Notes under the pieces: model-generated
What the model was told of the DNA's origin: nothing
The model's input: the letters and a program-made list of their open reading frames with translations, nothing else
Databases searched by the model: none
Origin: Candidatus Omnitrophota bacterium
GTDB taxonomy: Bacteria; Omnitrophota; Gorgyraeia; Tantalellales; Tantalellaceae
Direction of reading: 5' to 3'
DNA length: 64,000 nucleotides
Assembly (NCBI GenBank): GCA_015231405.1
Contig: JADGBR010000009.1
Span: 25,423-89,422, forward strand
Program-made: the position numbers and the translations under genes
Shown: piece by piece, positions 43,601 through 52,900 of the stretch
How the letters are laid out: every line of letters begins with the position of its first letter
How positions within the stretch are numbered: position 1 is the stretch's first letter

Positions 43601-46600
43601 TATCGTTACCAAGGACTATTGTCGGGTTCGGTACATCAGTGCCGGTAGAGGCCTTCAGCTTTTCCCTTATCACCCTGAGGAACGCCAGAGACATATCGTA
43701 CACGACATCATAGGGAAGCTCCGTCGCGACTTCACCTCTCAGATCCTGCCCGGCGAATATCATCGACCCTTTCCCTTGCGACTCGTCACCGAAGGCCCTG
43801 ACCCTCGCCTTTTTCACTCTCCCTTCCGCTTTTTTAGCGGCGTCCTGGATAACAGCGTTGGGATGAAGTTTTAACTCGCCTAACTCTGCCAGAGATCTGG
43901 TCGAATAAAAGAGTTCCTGCAAAGAGTCTATCTGCTGTTCCGGAGTTCCCTGGAGGATAGCGTTCTCCTCAGGCGTAAGCTCCAAAGTCGACGCGGCCAG
44001 GGTTTGACGCCCGGATTGCCCGTATATGCTCTTACCTTTATACACCGGGGTCGGAGCATCCGGCACGTTCCGGTCAAGGAAGAACTTCCTGTTAATATTA
44101 AGCGCTAGCCCTACTATAAGCGCCCTCATCCTCGGGTCTGTCGTCACAAGGCGCGGGAACTCATACCCGGCGACTTCGCTGTCCAGGACCGTTTCAAGAT
44201 ATCTCGCTAAACGGAGCTGATCCATCCTGATAGATCTGTCCGGGTACGCGTACGACGCCTTGTACCACAACATGACAACATCATCGATGAACCTCGCCGC
44301 CTCGCTCTTGCCAGTTTCCGTCGAGTCTAAAATGAGGCTTCCCTTCTCTGGGGCATAGGCGTGCCCCGGGCTCCTTCCGGCCCAGTGCATCTCGTGAAGG
44401 GCCAGTTTGAAAGCGAGCGAATCCGCCAGATTAACGGTCCGCGTTCGTGGTTCGCCCCTGTCATTCGTATAACTCAGGTCAAAAACCACATTATTTTCCG
44501 ATATATGATCGAAATCACGGTCAAAAGATCCGTTGAACTCGACTACAAGCTGTCCGGGATTATCCTCGTCTCTTCCGGGAAATATCTGGCAGGTCGGAAC
44601 GGTATTAGGTTTGTGCTCATAATCGACATTGTGCCTGATATTAAGATTCGGACGTCCCCCTTCGTCAGCTATGCCGGCTTTTATGGCTACAAAAGCGAAA
44701 ACGTCGTCTATCGACGTCATCCCGCCTGAAAGCCCCACTTGCGCGGAAGGAGATCCCAACCTTATACTGCCAGGAGCTATGCCTGAGGCGACGGTCCGTT
44801 CGAGCGTTTCTGCACCGGCGGCGTCTATCATGCTCCTTTTGGGGACCTGTCCCGCTTCCGGCATCGCTGCCTCAGCCCCAAAACTGGCTACTTCGGCTGA
44901 TCGCCTGATGGCTAGAGCGGCCGCGGCCGAGATCGCATCAAAACCAGCCGGGTCCGACAACTGTGCGACTATAAAATCAGCGCCTTCCCGAGTCCTGGGG
45001 TCACGGCTATTCGCCCTGAACCTGTCAAGAACCGCTTTCTGTAAACGCGCGCGTCCTTCCGCGGTGTCGAGATCATATTGTCCCTCAGAGGCGAAAGCCG
45101 TCACTAAAGCCACCGCCAACTCCTGTAGGAACGTTAAACCCGATGCTCTTATTTCAACATTCCGTATCTGCGGGTCCAGGCACATACCGCTTATCATGTT
45201 GGCCACCTGCAGCGAAGCCGTCTCTACAATAGGAATGAACGGCTGATAAGGCGTCTTTATGCCTGTCAATACCGACATGTACCTGTCATCGCCTTCGATC
45301 GCCATGGATGGAACGATAACGGCATATGAGATATCCCTTTCCTTAAGATATTTCGTCATACCGCCCGTGTGAAAACCCCCGGTGATCAAAACTCCGGTCC
45401 TGGTCTTTTTCCCGGCCATGCCTTTGAAAGTGTTCTCAAGGAGTATCTTGTCGCGTTTCACGGCGATCGAGTAAAAATCGAGCAGTTTACCGAACGCGCG
45501 CCCAAGCTCGGCACCCGGCAGGTCTGCCGTCAACGCCAGGCCGTACTTTTCGCTCTGGGCGTTTATGAACCCCGTGTAAACCTCCGCGGAGAATTCAGCC
45601 TTGTTGTCGTTATAGTATTCGTATTCCCGGTTCGTTATCCTGAGGGCCATGAAATCCAGTGTTATACCTGAATTTTTCCATAGTCTGTCGAGCCGCCTCT
45701 GGTCATCCCCGGCGAACATCCTCGCCTTTATCTCCGATATGAGAGAATCTATTTCCGTAAAAAGACGTTCGTTATCGACCCCGGAATAAGTTGTCAAATA
45801 GGCCATATACCTGAAAAGGTCAGGATAAGAACGCTCGAGGGATATACCGCTTTTTTTCGCCAATTCCGAAAGAAAAACATAGAAGCTGTAATTGGATATC
45901 CTGCCGTTCTTGAAATCCGAGCTTTTGGCGACTAGCGACGCCAGTAATTTCTGGTCTACCTTCCCGCTCAGCTCCTCGATAATAGCCGATCTCTCCTTGT
46001 TCACCGTTTCGAAATTGATCCCCTTTTCAAGGGCCAGCGTCGACAAAAGGAGTGAATAGCTGGGATATTTATCCAGAGATATCCCTTTCGCCCAAGCGAG
46101 TCCATTAAGGTAGGACGCATGGTCCTCCAGCTTTATCTTATTGTCCCCGTAATTCGATATGTGTTCGTCAAGGTCCCTGAGTTCCTGGCTGTAAATAACC
46201 GATTTTAATCTGCCGAGCGACTGTCGGATATTAGCGTAATATTCACCGAACTGACCTCTGTACGCGTATCCCTCAAGAAAAGCGTTAAGGTTCTCTATAT
46301 ACTCCTTCCTGTTCTCCGCTCCATAGAGGGTAAAAGGCTCGCTACCGGTAATTGATAAATACTCGGGTCCCGTTAAATTCCCTTTTCTTAGAAAATGGTC
46401 GGCAGCCTGTTCTCTGAGGCTGTCGTTGGGGAAGGCATTGAACCACGTCGTCTCTATGGTCGAATCCGCTCCCTCGACCGCCACGAAATTGACGTCATAT
46501 TTTTTTATGAGCTCATCGATTATCCGGGCTATATTCATCTCGGCGCTGTAATTACAATGCGCGTCCTGAATATGAATGATAGAAATATCCCCTTTGCCGG

Positions 46601-46808
46601 AAAACTTTTCTTTGATAGTTCCGCAGTTAAGCGGTATATCGAGTTTGTCTATGGAGACCTTTCGAGACACAGGCTCGAATGTCTGTTGAAAACTCCTGCC
46701 TATATCGGCATTCGCGAAACTTATGTTAGATATTAAAAAGATCTGGGCAATTGATAGACTAACTATTCGATGGAAAAATTTCCATTCTCTTATCAACTTA
46801 ATACTCAT
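34698..46808 (-). CDS. Giant multidomain membrane protein (gene B), 4036 aa. Domains are the N-terminal conserved domain, an alpha-D-phosphohexomutase (PGM/PMM), a sugar-nucleotide pyrophosphorylase-like region, left-handed beta-helix repeats and the shared C-terminal domain
   Basis: Complete ORF from the track. ATG at 46806-46808 with an AGGAG Shine-Dalgarno 6 nt upstream, TAA at 34698-34700. Signal-anchor at residues 13-32. Confidence 0.9.
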   Translation of the reverse strand: MSIKLIREWKFFHRIVSLSIAQIFLISNISFANADIGRSFQQTFEPVSRKVSIDKLDIPLNCGTIKEKFSGKGDISIIHIQDAHCNYSAEMNIARIIDELIKKYDVNFVAVEGADSTIETTWFNAFPNDSLREQAADHFLRKGNLTGPEYLSITGSEPFTLYGAENRKEYIENLNAFLEGYAYRGQFGEYYANIRQSLGRLKSVIYSQELRDLDEHISNYGDNKIKLEDHASYLNGLAWAKGISLDKYPSYSLLLSTLALEKGINFETVNKERSAIIEELSGKVDQKLLASLVAKSSDFKNGRISNYSFYVFLSELAKKSGISLERSYPDLFRYMAYLTTYSGVDNERLFTEIDSLISEIKARMFAGDDQRRLDRLWKNSGITLDFMALRITNREYEYYNDNKAEFSAEVYTGFINAQSEKYGLALTADLPGAELGRAFGKLLDFYSIAVKRDKILLENTFKGMAGKKTRTGVLITGGFHTGGMTKYLKERDISYAVIVPSMAIEGDDRYMSVLTGIKTPYQPFIPIVETASLQVANMISGMCLDPQIRNVEIRASGLTFLQELAVALVTAFASEGQYDLDTAEGRARLQKAVLDRFRANSRDPRTREGADFIVAQLSDPAGFDAISAAAALAIRRSAEVASFGAEAAMPEAGQVPKRSMIDAAGAETLERTVASGIAPGSIRLGSPSAQVGLSGGMTSIDDVFAFVAIKAGIADEGGRPNLNIRHNVDYEHKPNTVPTCQIFPGRDEDNPGQLVVEFNGSFDRDFDHISENNVVFDLSYTNDRGEPRTRTVNLADSLAFKLALHEMHWAGRSPGHAYAPEKGSLILDSTETGKSEAARFIDDVVMLWYKASYAYPDRSIRMDQLRLARYLETVLDSEVAGYEFPRLVTTDPRMRALIVGLALNINRKFFLDRNVPDAPTPVYKGKSIYGQSGRQTLAASTLELTPEENAILQGTPEQQIDSLQELFYSTRSLAELGELKLHPNAVIQDAAKKAEGRVKKARVRAFGDESQGKGSMIFAGQDLRGEVATELPYDVVYDMSLAFLRVIREKLKASTGTDVPNPTIVLGNDIRLTSPRIRATVEKALTDNGAKVVYIGEENLGVKYNTTPMVSWAYHNYATEEMPIHATIMITASHLASQFNGLKFTIKGEDITRGELLTVLRRANKREFYDGDITKAEPLPAGERVIEKKCLTDYKQFLLDDLQPLAGSLRGKKVVVDPGNGTAGFYADVLEALGVTVDRLYCDPDGRFPNHIADPNKEEAVNDLVSRVRQTGADLGIAFDSDGDRVAFIDKFGNRLNGQALLRLLGEAALDQMITDGANAADLANVTIIGNNKSSMIVREGIVSKGAKFAMANTGYVYVRNEALKRVGRGENVIIAGEESGHIMFRDNAFIDDGMYTASQVLKAVAASGKTLDEIVGLYRRTICSEVRNEMGLPGEIGKKPVDRADMDLVDGDKAVIPKVMRDSALGKAERKESGFGEGTCDIFMAEDNANGGLDERSGVRLGFTEPSHGADRAWVLFRASLTDPQMISMVEGRDLKECLDCAKAAWDFVIPHQDRIDPRPLVAFKQGLEIADELIQAKQDSLDRIISKIFRPMAGTEKDLQRLDKDAIVDPLLVAIRMDAVRQALSHPDTNPAQMTKDDIMFGYFSSLVNQHIAFMQRPPVVDIDWKSHRDLKKAKGLLDREYNEARNYLAPRKAATDRAWTLKSLNILYGADVVSAEVQRVSDSIADKGQAEEMAIKNLLLAKTVNGRPSLRSETEKVIKKDIIAGQRTDSDRAEELSLRFLRAVANKLAREDKKPLSEYDERGFYSVFNKHFGFIIVSLGGGFGARYSPMGLNHKGHVSPMGTGISNTATTLLGATETLADAPVSISVSDFSVFQNLSDEVRYGLMTGAVKYDRDLQDLRPPDKESPITKVLDPAHLSEGRVERNLPPNSVLEGQNVHGYGGGFTGQVEKNIEMQRAGEMPDVPYHIRFDVEACGIQDQSVADVVLVTWMEAVAENNLMTIGLKDEIAVADKGVPADLTLFGGGVRHLQDWRNKPIDAKKRALLMLLRDLPENKELRDLVSKIEHLAEEEVDALIETIHTDTTAGQRHTVPINANVVVMHRDMATIKHSNPWRKAANGTAQAESTFIEMVDDHPDLQGQVDSKKGILESTPADPIVPLWDWYAINKPGARIPVGYTRFAAAPDGIKNTWRQNEFNRFWQLELRKILEEGGVDISGLDYISLNPGPEAKVFTLASVKESLFGPGGVFQDAAEGRARGIKLSGKVHLDLTSKIRSGSDNKFTEIKNSAILGYCHVGRNCKVYGSTIRGVKGANNSLRTIGRDSEIFDSFLMDNLPLSNNSRFVAEKRMPKDAGSVEARKKRKEVMEYVYRKSGEDEGYDNAGSYGEMKEVLLGEELSQIESVLLQEVRNGERILSDLKELREQDTGEEDKTIDLARAKEPQYVIRQLVANMGLLITLLDADPAIVGQPLTLPLAPGDIKLSYNPDGTLKEATESTVQDVLSMFGKKQYDMEKKQILRIIDQIVLAGKIDIKNKFTRIGNGTYLDGVNTEGRLYIGNGWGVQGLVVPRKDSAVILGDHKLVMARRVTSYEPAQDGQINSLTLVRNCTILADRAYIGAGAGQWLEDGKHTERGKILKNVKIKGKAAIIPEGADIKEGTFQGIRDEEETLSESLIMYSEGHAYKQMKSILSGDEAAVEKAGLTMAGRFTSVATALCILVQDGQPERAKTLIDMLKVDSDRKDAVGERTKDAEADLKLYTALINRTEVISMVVDPETVYRDWFVKSGISARPPTANQTSYAQLKVTVRGQESRYRELYNKVASLAAEGIKPQLMVVKRPVVEMHNTDGSTYDRKSKNYTRQMVALSDYGDWFEMGMAIQRYSLLKAPDQILALLGAYGEYVNYVKNPALGRGDLDDKKAALGALIAPERGEGLSDEEIVALYVAAFGPESYIGVTLRNQMPFDLGCFRGGRGANWFLKEVRRQLGLMGIGGHDLAMNMFPGATDDGRSWLLASLMFHSPGMPDIGKCLMDGALDGELAAILGGTRFSNIASLSNFNKTFAGQAAQGEVVPSAIRMAQYGQVSPKNAPKVKAINGYVAAFNRRLDDMRRGGMAVAEAKEILVHTLTELRECILQDKTKAEPEKVWGAFVGNILAYFAKSHPEMTKRDAEGAIIGLTDNTLWEMLNPTRNQGHLLCDLKLDPEERVLALEEKLEHVLNQLIRDGKDQIVRDLLYAEFCANVEIPKYDMPLRSMTLVGAQICFNEAIDALPGGTVPSSALLTLSKPAPDHPDGFLSTEERAAIDGEISILIEAGSTSADIAWYLTIREMETFLDVQGRVHPVTLRRYHLAGLAYQTDENGVPTTRIQFLPSEDAFNEISKVGPFQKTVIRERPVLDAAQKEALRKAINEGDIQGVIKVLVPSEKVASNPLAEMAIRNSRLLLMFPTTLVSNIGSAIITPEIGAAIRDNKVALMIYIHNALFENDPPGTTAATMMEDLYRFMSVQHRADLQAEKGSPEPDWEMVADYMTYVLLREPSLYTAYESHYIPADRAGVRERTGDRVSAVGLDVEDPKMSSKGRYLAPPLIRALLQLNQFKELGFGIMSDGTISVFSDSHPGPEVGDPKGLSGIVAKNWSRLAGLPVQDAARFGDDAAMPGEGELTPGEVFPQAVMADDSGEALDGTKYLLDIDASGELAAGDRTVETLEAAPVPLITSDARDAKVEIIGIGDNFMRTGYTMTMGGSVKVDALASRSDHILSVEKGAIRIVDRTGKLLRDGDGNIITLKSGDRKMVSAGLGEYTLVSADEDTRVYTGHIPMGPEKTIVKAFQTAKAYSAKLNGEKIDYIMPKEAFTGDEKRELEQVLRTKLGIDARIITFNSEVGFSEIRAGSLRADARQVLLGTVANYENADTETGVESAILSKAVKLPALPDVSGLKDNGMYYNLEMLAAGSVLSAVRVVDKQVDKKDLDQLEVLFTQFTGRRVSPSDIYFMMSFDEVKDTNLLPADQRSIQAVVNFIKGLLMNMPAMPVDARAELESRRQALWSA
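34701..35321 (-). other. Domain in B: shared C-terminal domain (short variant)
   Basis: AVKLPALPDVSGLKDNGMYYNLEMLAAG ... GLLMNMPAMPVDARAELESRRQALWSA. Confidence 0.5.
38829..39971 (-). other. Region in B: hexapeptide-repeat (left-handed beta-helix) segments
   Basis: LGYCHVGRNCKVYGSTIRGVKGAN (2292-2315) and IGNGTYLDGVNTEGRLYIGNGWGVQGLVV ... VRNCTILADRAYIGAGAGQ ... LKNVKIKGKAAIIPEGADIKEG (2538-2656) show the [LIV]-G-x-x-x-x periodicity typical of GlmU or acyltransferase left-handed beta-helix domains. Confidence 0.4.
40704..41360 (-). other. Region in B: putative sugar-1-phosphate nucleotidylyltransferase-like (UDP-sugar pyrophosphorylase-type) fold
   Basis: FIIVSLGGGFGARYSPMG (1817-1834) resembles the L(N/A)GG(L/Q)GT(R/S)(L/M)G loop of UGPase, UAP and GlmU-type enzymes. 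FGGGVRHLQD lies at 2024-2033. Weak evidence; a profile search is needed. Confidence 0.3.
42549..43631 (-). other. Domain in B: alpha-D-phosphohexomutase (phosphoglucomutase/phosphomannomutase) domain
   Basis: MIFAGQDLRGEV is GTDGIRG-like. The active-site Ser loop is TIMITASHLASQFNGLK (TASHNP-type, Ser 1133). The metal-binding loop is GIAFDSDGDRVAFID (1276-1290). The sugar-binding loop is IIAGEESGHIMF (1374-1385). Confidence 0.7.
45294..46586 (-). other. Domain in B: conserved N-terminal domain (a more divergent copy)
   Basis: ISIIHIQDAHCNYSAEMNIARIIDELIKKYDVNFVAVEGADSTIET (residues 75-120) and VLITGGFHTGGMTKYLKERDISYAVIVPS (residues 473-501). Confidence 0.4.
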
Positions 46809-46893
46809 GTCATTCTCCTGTTTTTAAATAGATGTAGTGATTTATTCACCTATCAGGAACATATTGCCTTTTTAAAACTTTACATTAGTCTCT

Positions 46894-46921
46894 ATTATAT
46901 CACAATTGCTAAAAAAAACAA
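46894..46921 (-). promoter_or_regulatory. Candidate promoter for gene B, TTGTTT-16 bp-TGaTATAAT (extended -10)
   Basis: In the 162-bp AT-rich C-B intergenic region the -10 TATAAT is the reverse complement of 46894-46899, with TGA immediately upstream (reverse complement of 46900-46902). The -35 TTGTTT is the reverse complement of 46916-46921. The 5' UTR would be about 75 nt. Confidence 0.4.
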
Positions 46922-46970
46922 CAGTTACATGTTAAAATTTAAACACCTAACATTCATCCTATATGTTATT

Positions 46971-49900
46971 TTACGCTCTTGTCAAGATCTCCTGATACCT
47001 TTTGAACTCATTTTTGAGTTCCTCAATATTTATGGCCTCTATCTTTCTGACAAAGATAAAGTGTCCAAAAGCGTTCATGGTCAACCCCTTGATCGTCACC
47101 TTAGCCTTATCCCCTTTGACCGAAAGGAGTTTAAGCGTGGCGTCAAGCACTTCGCTTGTCGCGATATCGTTATATTCCATGTATATCGCGCCTTCGGGCA
47201 TACGCCTTTCGCGCCTTGTTTTTGATATCATATCCACAACAGCCACATTACCTTTTCCGTATTGCTGAACCCTCTCGATCATTTTATTTTCGACCGCCTG
47301 ATCGTGTTCACTTCGCTTAATGATAGTCAGGTCATCCTTACGGAGAATGCTGTCTATTCCCATTTTCTTGAGTATAGCGTCTTTATCCGAGTTCAGCTTC
47401 GCTATATCCGCGTCAAGTGCCGCCGCGTCGACGGGGCTAAGACCGCTGTCTTCCATGGCTACCGTGAGGACCAGCTTGAGCTTCTTCGGATTTCTCAGCC
47501 TGAATGACTCTGCCTGTATCCTGGCTTCACCAAGGGAGCCGACCGTCATTTCAACGATACCCGGTTGCTTATTGACGTCGTCAATATAATTCATCGTCCC
47601 GGTATCCAGTTTTGTCAGGGTCTTATCGGCGATATCACAGAGGTTGAAATTATACATACTGAGATCGTTTATCTCAGCCATCATGACGGGAAGTTTTATC
47701 TCCCCGAGTATTTCTTTCCACACTCCCTTAGCCCGGGCTATCTCCTCCACGGTCTCGGGTGTCATAATGGTAAGGGCTTTAATATCCTCAGCCCGTTTTT
47801 TGAGGAAAAGCCTGGTCTCATTTATCTCTATCTGGCGCACAAGAGCACCTATGGCCTGCCGGAGCTTCCTCCTGCCCCCTATCTCCTGCTGGTCCGCCAT
47901 ACCCGCCCATAACAGATTATGCTGTCTCCTGTACGTGTCCAATATTCCCATGTTCTCTTCTTTCTCGTTCCCTTTCGGGAGCGCGAGCACTTTAACGCTG
48001 CCCAATCCGGTCGAAGCCATATACTTATCCAATTCCGCCTGAGTGCTGTCAGTCTCCACCCCTATGACCATGCTCTCTACGCTCGTTCCAGCGAGACCCT
48101 GAGCCTGCTCAGCGTTGCGAAGCCGCGTCACTTCCTGGTTCGCCAGATATGCCGCGCCCATGGCCTGAGCGAAAGCGTTGACCGACGGGTCGTTCCCCGC
48201 AAGCTCCTCCGCAAGCATGATCTCGAGATCCGCTATTTCCGGATAGGAATCGTTAAGCACCCGGTGGATCCTGCCCTTATCGCGTCCGTTCCCAAGCATT
48301 ATGCGGTTGCCCTCAGGGCTTTCAAAACACCGCCCGGTCACGACAACAGTACGTATGAGGTCCCTGTGGTCGTAATAATCGCTTATCTCCGCGAGAAAGG
48401 AAGCCATATACAAACCCATTTCGTCATATATCTCCCTGACGATGTCGGCGCCCGGGAGATTCTCGTTCAGGATCTTCTGCACGTATTTCAGCTGCTGCGC
48501 CCTTCCCGCGCTCTTAACGGGTCCGAGGTCCAACCCTTTTTCCTTGGCCAGTATCATTATATTTTTCTGCGATAGATACAACGCCGCTATGCCGGTCGGC
48601 GTGCCTGGAAATTTCTCATACGAAACCTCGTTATCTTTACGCATATCTATTATCATCCTGCTCGCGTAAGTCCGGAGGTTCCCCAGAACACCCGAATGAG
48701 GCACATATCCCCCGGCAAGCGAAGTCCCGAGAGCCAGCGCCAGGACATTGCCGCGGTTGAGTTCCACGGAAGCCCAGAAAGCCCCGACATCTCCGTCATT
48801 CTTGATCACTACGGGAACTCCTCCCAGAGAAATTTTTAGAGTATCCGCCATAGGCGTAACTATTTCGTTGAATTCCTCCTTCGTAAGTCCTTTGGTCTTA
48901 GCTGTGTCGCCACCTACGATGAGATTATCGACTATTATGTCCGGCCAGCTTATCCCAACTCCCGCCAATATCTTCTGTTTCTCTCCCGATGCCGAATACA
49001 GCCTGCTCTTTATGTACTCGTTCTCCCCGGCCCGTTCTATGATGCTTCTGATCTTCACGATCGACGCTTCGGAAGCGGCTTCATTCTCAGCCGATGACAC
49101 ATCGGAACGGTAGCTTACGCTGTCTATCTCTTTTTCAAGAACATCCAGCTCCTGGTCAGGCTGGGTCCGCTGGCTAAGTATGGCCTTTAGTTCCATGATA
49201 TAGATCAGATCTCTCATGGTATCGACGTGCTCGGTGCTGCCTTTCGTGAAATTTTCCGGAGCCCAGTTGTATTTTTTATAGAATATGATGTCCTTACCTT
49301 TGTAAAGGAGAAGTTTCACATCCGATCCTCCGACATCAACTCCGGCCATGAAATCGCCGGGGGCGATATTTTTTAAACCTTTGAGGTTCAGGTCGCGCGC
49401 TTCCTGCATATTCTCCCTGCGTACCTTTATTCCTTTAGCCTTGATACTATCCATCCTGGACAGTTCTTCCCGGGTGACGGCGCGTATGAACTGGAACTCA
49501 TACCCGCCCAGGTTGATCTCGGCCTGGGCCTTCAGATTATCGCTCTCATCCTTCGTCAATTCGCCCTTCGAGGCTCGGTCGCCCGACAGGTATTCTCTCT
49601 CCAGCCTTTTGTACTCCTCGGATATGAATATTTGAAGCTCTTCCTCGCTATTTATGCCCATTGCCTTCCTGCGAACCACCCTATACGTGTTATTTATGGC
49701 GTCTATCGTCGGGAAGAAATCGTCCGTATACATGGCGTCTCTCGCTTCTTTGACCATGTCCGCCACAGAGTCATCGTATTTAAGGTAAACGTACTGCGGC
49801 CCTATAGCCTCCATCCTGTTCCTGAGAACTATTGTAAGATATCGGACAAGAAGTTCCCGGATTTCGGGCATTTCGTTCGAATTCACGGGTAAAGGGACAA

Positions 49901-52900
49901 CGAACCGCTGAGAACCATCCTTGCCCATATCAAAAACTATCTCGACATCTTTCATATATTCCCGATAACGTCCTCTGGCCTCGCGCATGACCGAATGCCA
50001 GTACGTTACCGGCTTGAAACCCTTGCCGTATCTCTGATCGTAAGTTCTCAACCTGTCGCTAAAGAATTGCCGCATATTGGCCTCGCTTGAAAGCTCTATG
50101 CTGAGATGCAGAGCCTTGACATAATCCCATATCATGGTGTACATCGCCTTGATATGGGTGAGCAATCCCATACCCATGAAAGAAGGAGCCATTTCATGCG
50201 CCAAAATGGACCTGGCGAGCGAATTATGAGTGTTTGTCATATCGACGAGCGCGAATATCTGGTCATCGCTGAGAAGAGAGGTCGTTCCGACCTCTGCGGG
50301 CTGGCCCAGATACGCTCTTCCCGAGGCGGCCGTCCGGAGCATATTGACCTTCTCCGCCCTGTCTTTCGAGTTACCGACAAGATCATTTATTTGTTCATGG
50401 GTCAGTTTCAGTTTCGACGTCATTATGGGCGTGACCATCGCGTCCTTTAAATGGGTCATCCATCGTACTTTGCCGCCGGAGAACTCGCGGTCATGCTCCC
50501 ACATCTTTGCAAATACGATAATTGCCGCGTACGCGTGGAATAAGGCGGGAAGCACGAAAACCGGTATCCCGCCCCATAGAGCTATATTAACAAGAGTGTC
50601 GTCCTTAGCGGCTATGGCCCCCAATATCAGCAGAATATACGCCGTTATCCCGGCCGCCGCGTGGACAAAAGCCCCGAGCGCCCTGAACGGATGTACTGCG
50701 GACGCCGGACCCTTTCTTCCATCGGACATATTTTCTATCGCCCGGTCCAGATAGCTTCCAATTTCGTCGAATTCCCCTCCGAGATAATATAGGCCTTCGA
50801 TCTTATCAGGAGCCATTCCGCCGCGCGCCAGATCGGCATACAAGACTTCCGCTTCACGATACGCCGCTTTTCCGTGCATACCGCCGCCGATATATCTTTC
50901 GGCGACTATCGTGGCTTTAGCCAACTCCTCGGGTTTATTCAGATCGGCGGCCACGACTTTCAGATCTATCCCTGGAATGGGATTTTGCATCAGGCGCTGA
51001 GTTACCGCCAGGCCATTACCTGCCAACGCCTCGTTGTCATGATACGTTATATCGACATACCCCTCTCTGGCCTGGTGTTCTATGGCGCGGTCTTTCTGTA
51101 TCCGCTGGTAAGTCCCTATCTCGAGCGGAGCGAACGGTTCATGTCTCATCGCAACGGGATACGGGGTCCGTCCGAGGACCTGTACCATATTGAGGTCTAT
51201 CGCGTTCTTACCCGCCACTACGGGTATTATCGAGATATCGCCAAGCTCGTTCCTTTCATGCATTCCCTCGAACAATTTGACGAGAACTTTCTCGACCTCT
51301 TTACGCGCCTCCAGAACAGCCTCGTATTCTGGAGTTTTCTTTTCAGGCTTGGGTTTGTATCCAAACGGCCGGTAAAGCAGCTTGGTTATGACCCGCGGCC
51401 CGCATTTAGCCCTGAGAGGATGCCCCTCGGGCAAATCCATGGCGTAAATATTCATCTCCGGAAGGTTGGCGTATCCGCCGAAACCTTTCGCCGTTAATAT
51501 TTCCCGCTGTCTGGCAAGTGCGTGATTTAGCTCCATATACGGCTCGTGTGCCCCGTGATATGTAAGCAGATCCATGATCTTAGCAGAGACATCCGACGAA
51601 AAGCCGGCCTGAAAAGAGGGCTCGATATCCAGCTCGTATTGGCTCCTCGCGCCGCGTTTCGGCACAAGCTTTGTCGCGCTTGTATCCAGAAAGAGGTCAA
51701 AAAGGTCCGTGAGGATGTCGTCGGCGACATCCTCAATGGACGCGTCCCAATTCTCGGTCGAAACATTGGCTATCATGGCGTCCCTTAAAGGGGTGTACAG
51801 CTCAAGGCCCGTTTCGCCCGTGAGCGAATTTTTTACCGTCCTTAATTCTTCAAGAGCTTTGGCGGTATTAATGCCGACTTTCCTGCCAAGCGCTATCATC
51901 GCGGCTAGCCGCCTTGCCGAATCATCGCTAAGGCTGGTTTCGCCTTTATCGAGAGTATCGTCCTTGTCAAAATCAAAAACAGGCGTCGCGGCGTTGATAA
52001 GCTTACCCCGTTTCCCGTCCTCTTTAACGAACGGGACACGGCCATAATAGGTCTTCTTACCATCTCTATTCTGGCGGAGGTCCGGAGCCCCCGTGAGCCT
52101 AATGATACGCGAATAGAACCAGTGGTCCTCTTCGTCTTTCAGCCCCTTACCGAGTTCTTCCAGAATAGCACTGATCGTCTCTGGATAGGTCCCTAAGCCC
52201 TCAAAACGGCCGCTTATCAAATCCAGATCTTTTTCCGCAAAACGGAACACACCGGAAACGGACCTCGATCTCGGCGTCTTAGGTTTTTCCGCGAACAGAC
52301 TGGTAGCGGCTGACCACCCTTTGCCTCCTTCGTGAAGATACCTAAAGCTCTTGACACCGAGGACCTCCATCCCGGAATCCTCGACAAACTCCTGAAAGCG
52401 CGGCCCGCTGACATGCTGGACAACGGTCTGTATGCTAACGATCCCGGCGTCAAGCGCTTCCATGAACTGATCAGCCGTATAGGATTTTTCGGTAAAGAAC
52501 TCATCATATGTCATATCCCTTATTACGTCCGGCACGGCGGCTTTTGTCTTGGAAAATTCCCAGTCCTGCCGGCTATAGTTCCTTTTCTGGAGGATTATCA
52601 AAGCGTCCTCGTTGCGTGATAGATCGGCTGAGGCGACAAAGTTCCGCATTACCGTATCCGCGTTTAAATATTCCGGTAAAGTGCCTCTTTCATTCATCCT
52701 TCTCAGGACTTCGGCGTGTACCGCGTATCGTCTTGATATCGCCAGGTTCCTCAATTTCACATTCTCGTCCTTTTCGGATAACTCAGGAGCTATCTTAAGA
52801 AAATCCAGGCCTGAAAAATATCCGCCCGGCTTAAGTACCCTGTATATCTCGCTGAGAACCTTTCTTTTCATGTTGTCATCAAGGAGAGTGCTGTATACCC

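Noticed and set aside
46890-46970. Possible intrinsic terminator after gene C (a run of 9 T on the transcribed strand).
   Set aside because: The T-run is not preceded by a convincing GC-rich hairpin (only a weak ACATGT palindrome). The same sequence serves as the spacer or -35 region of the B promoter.
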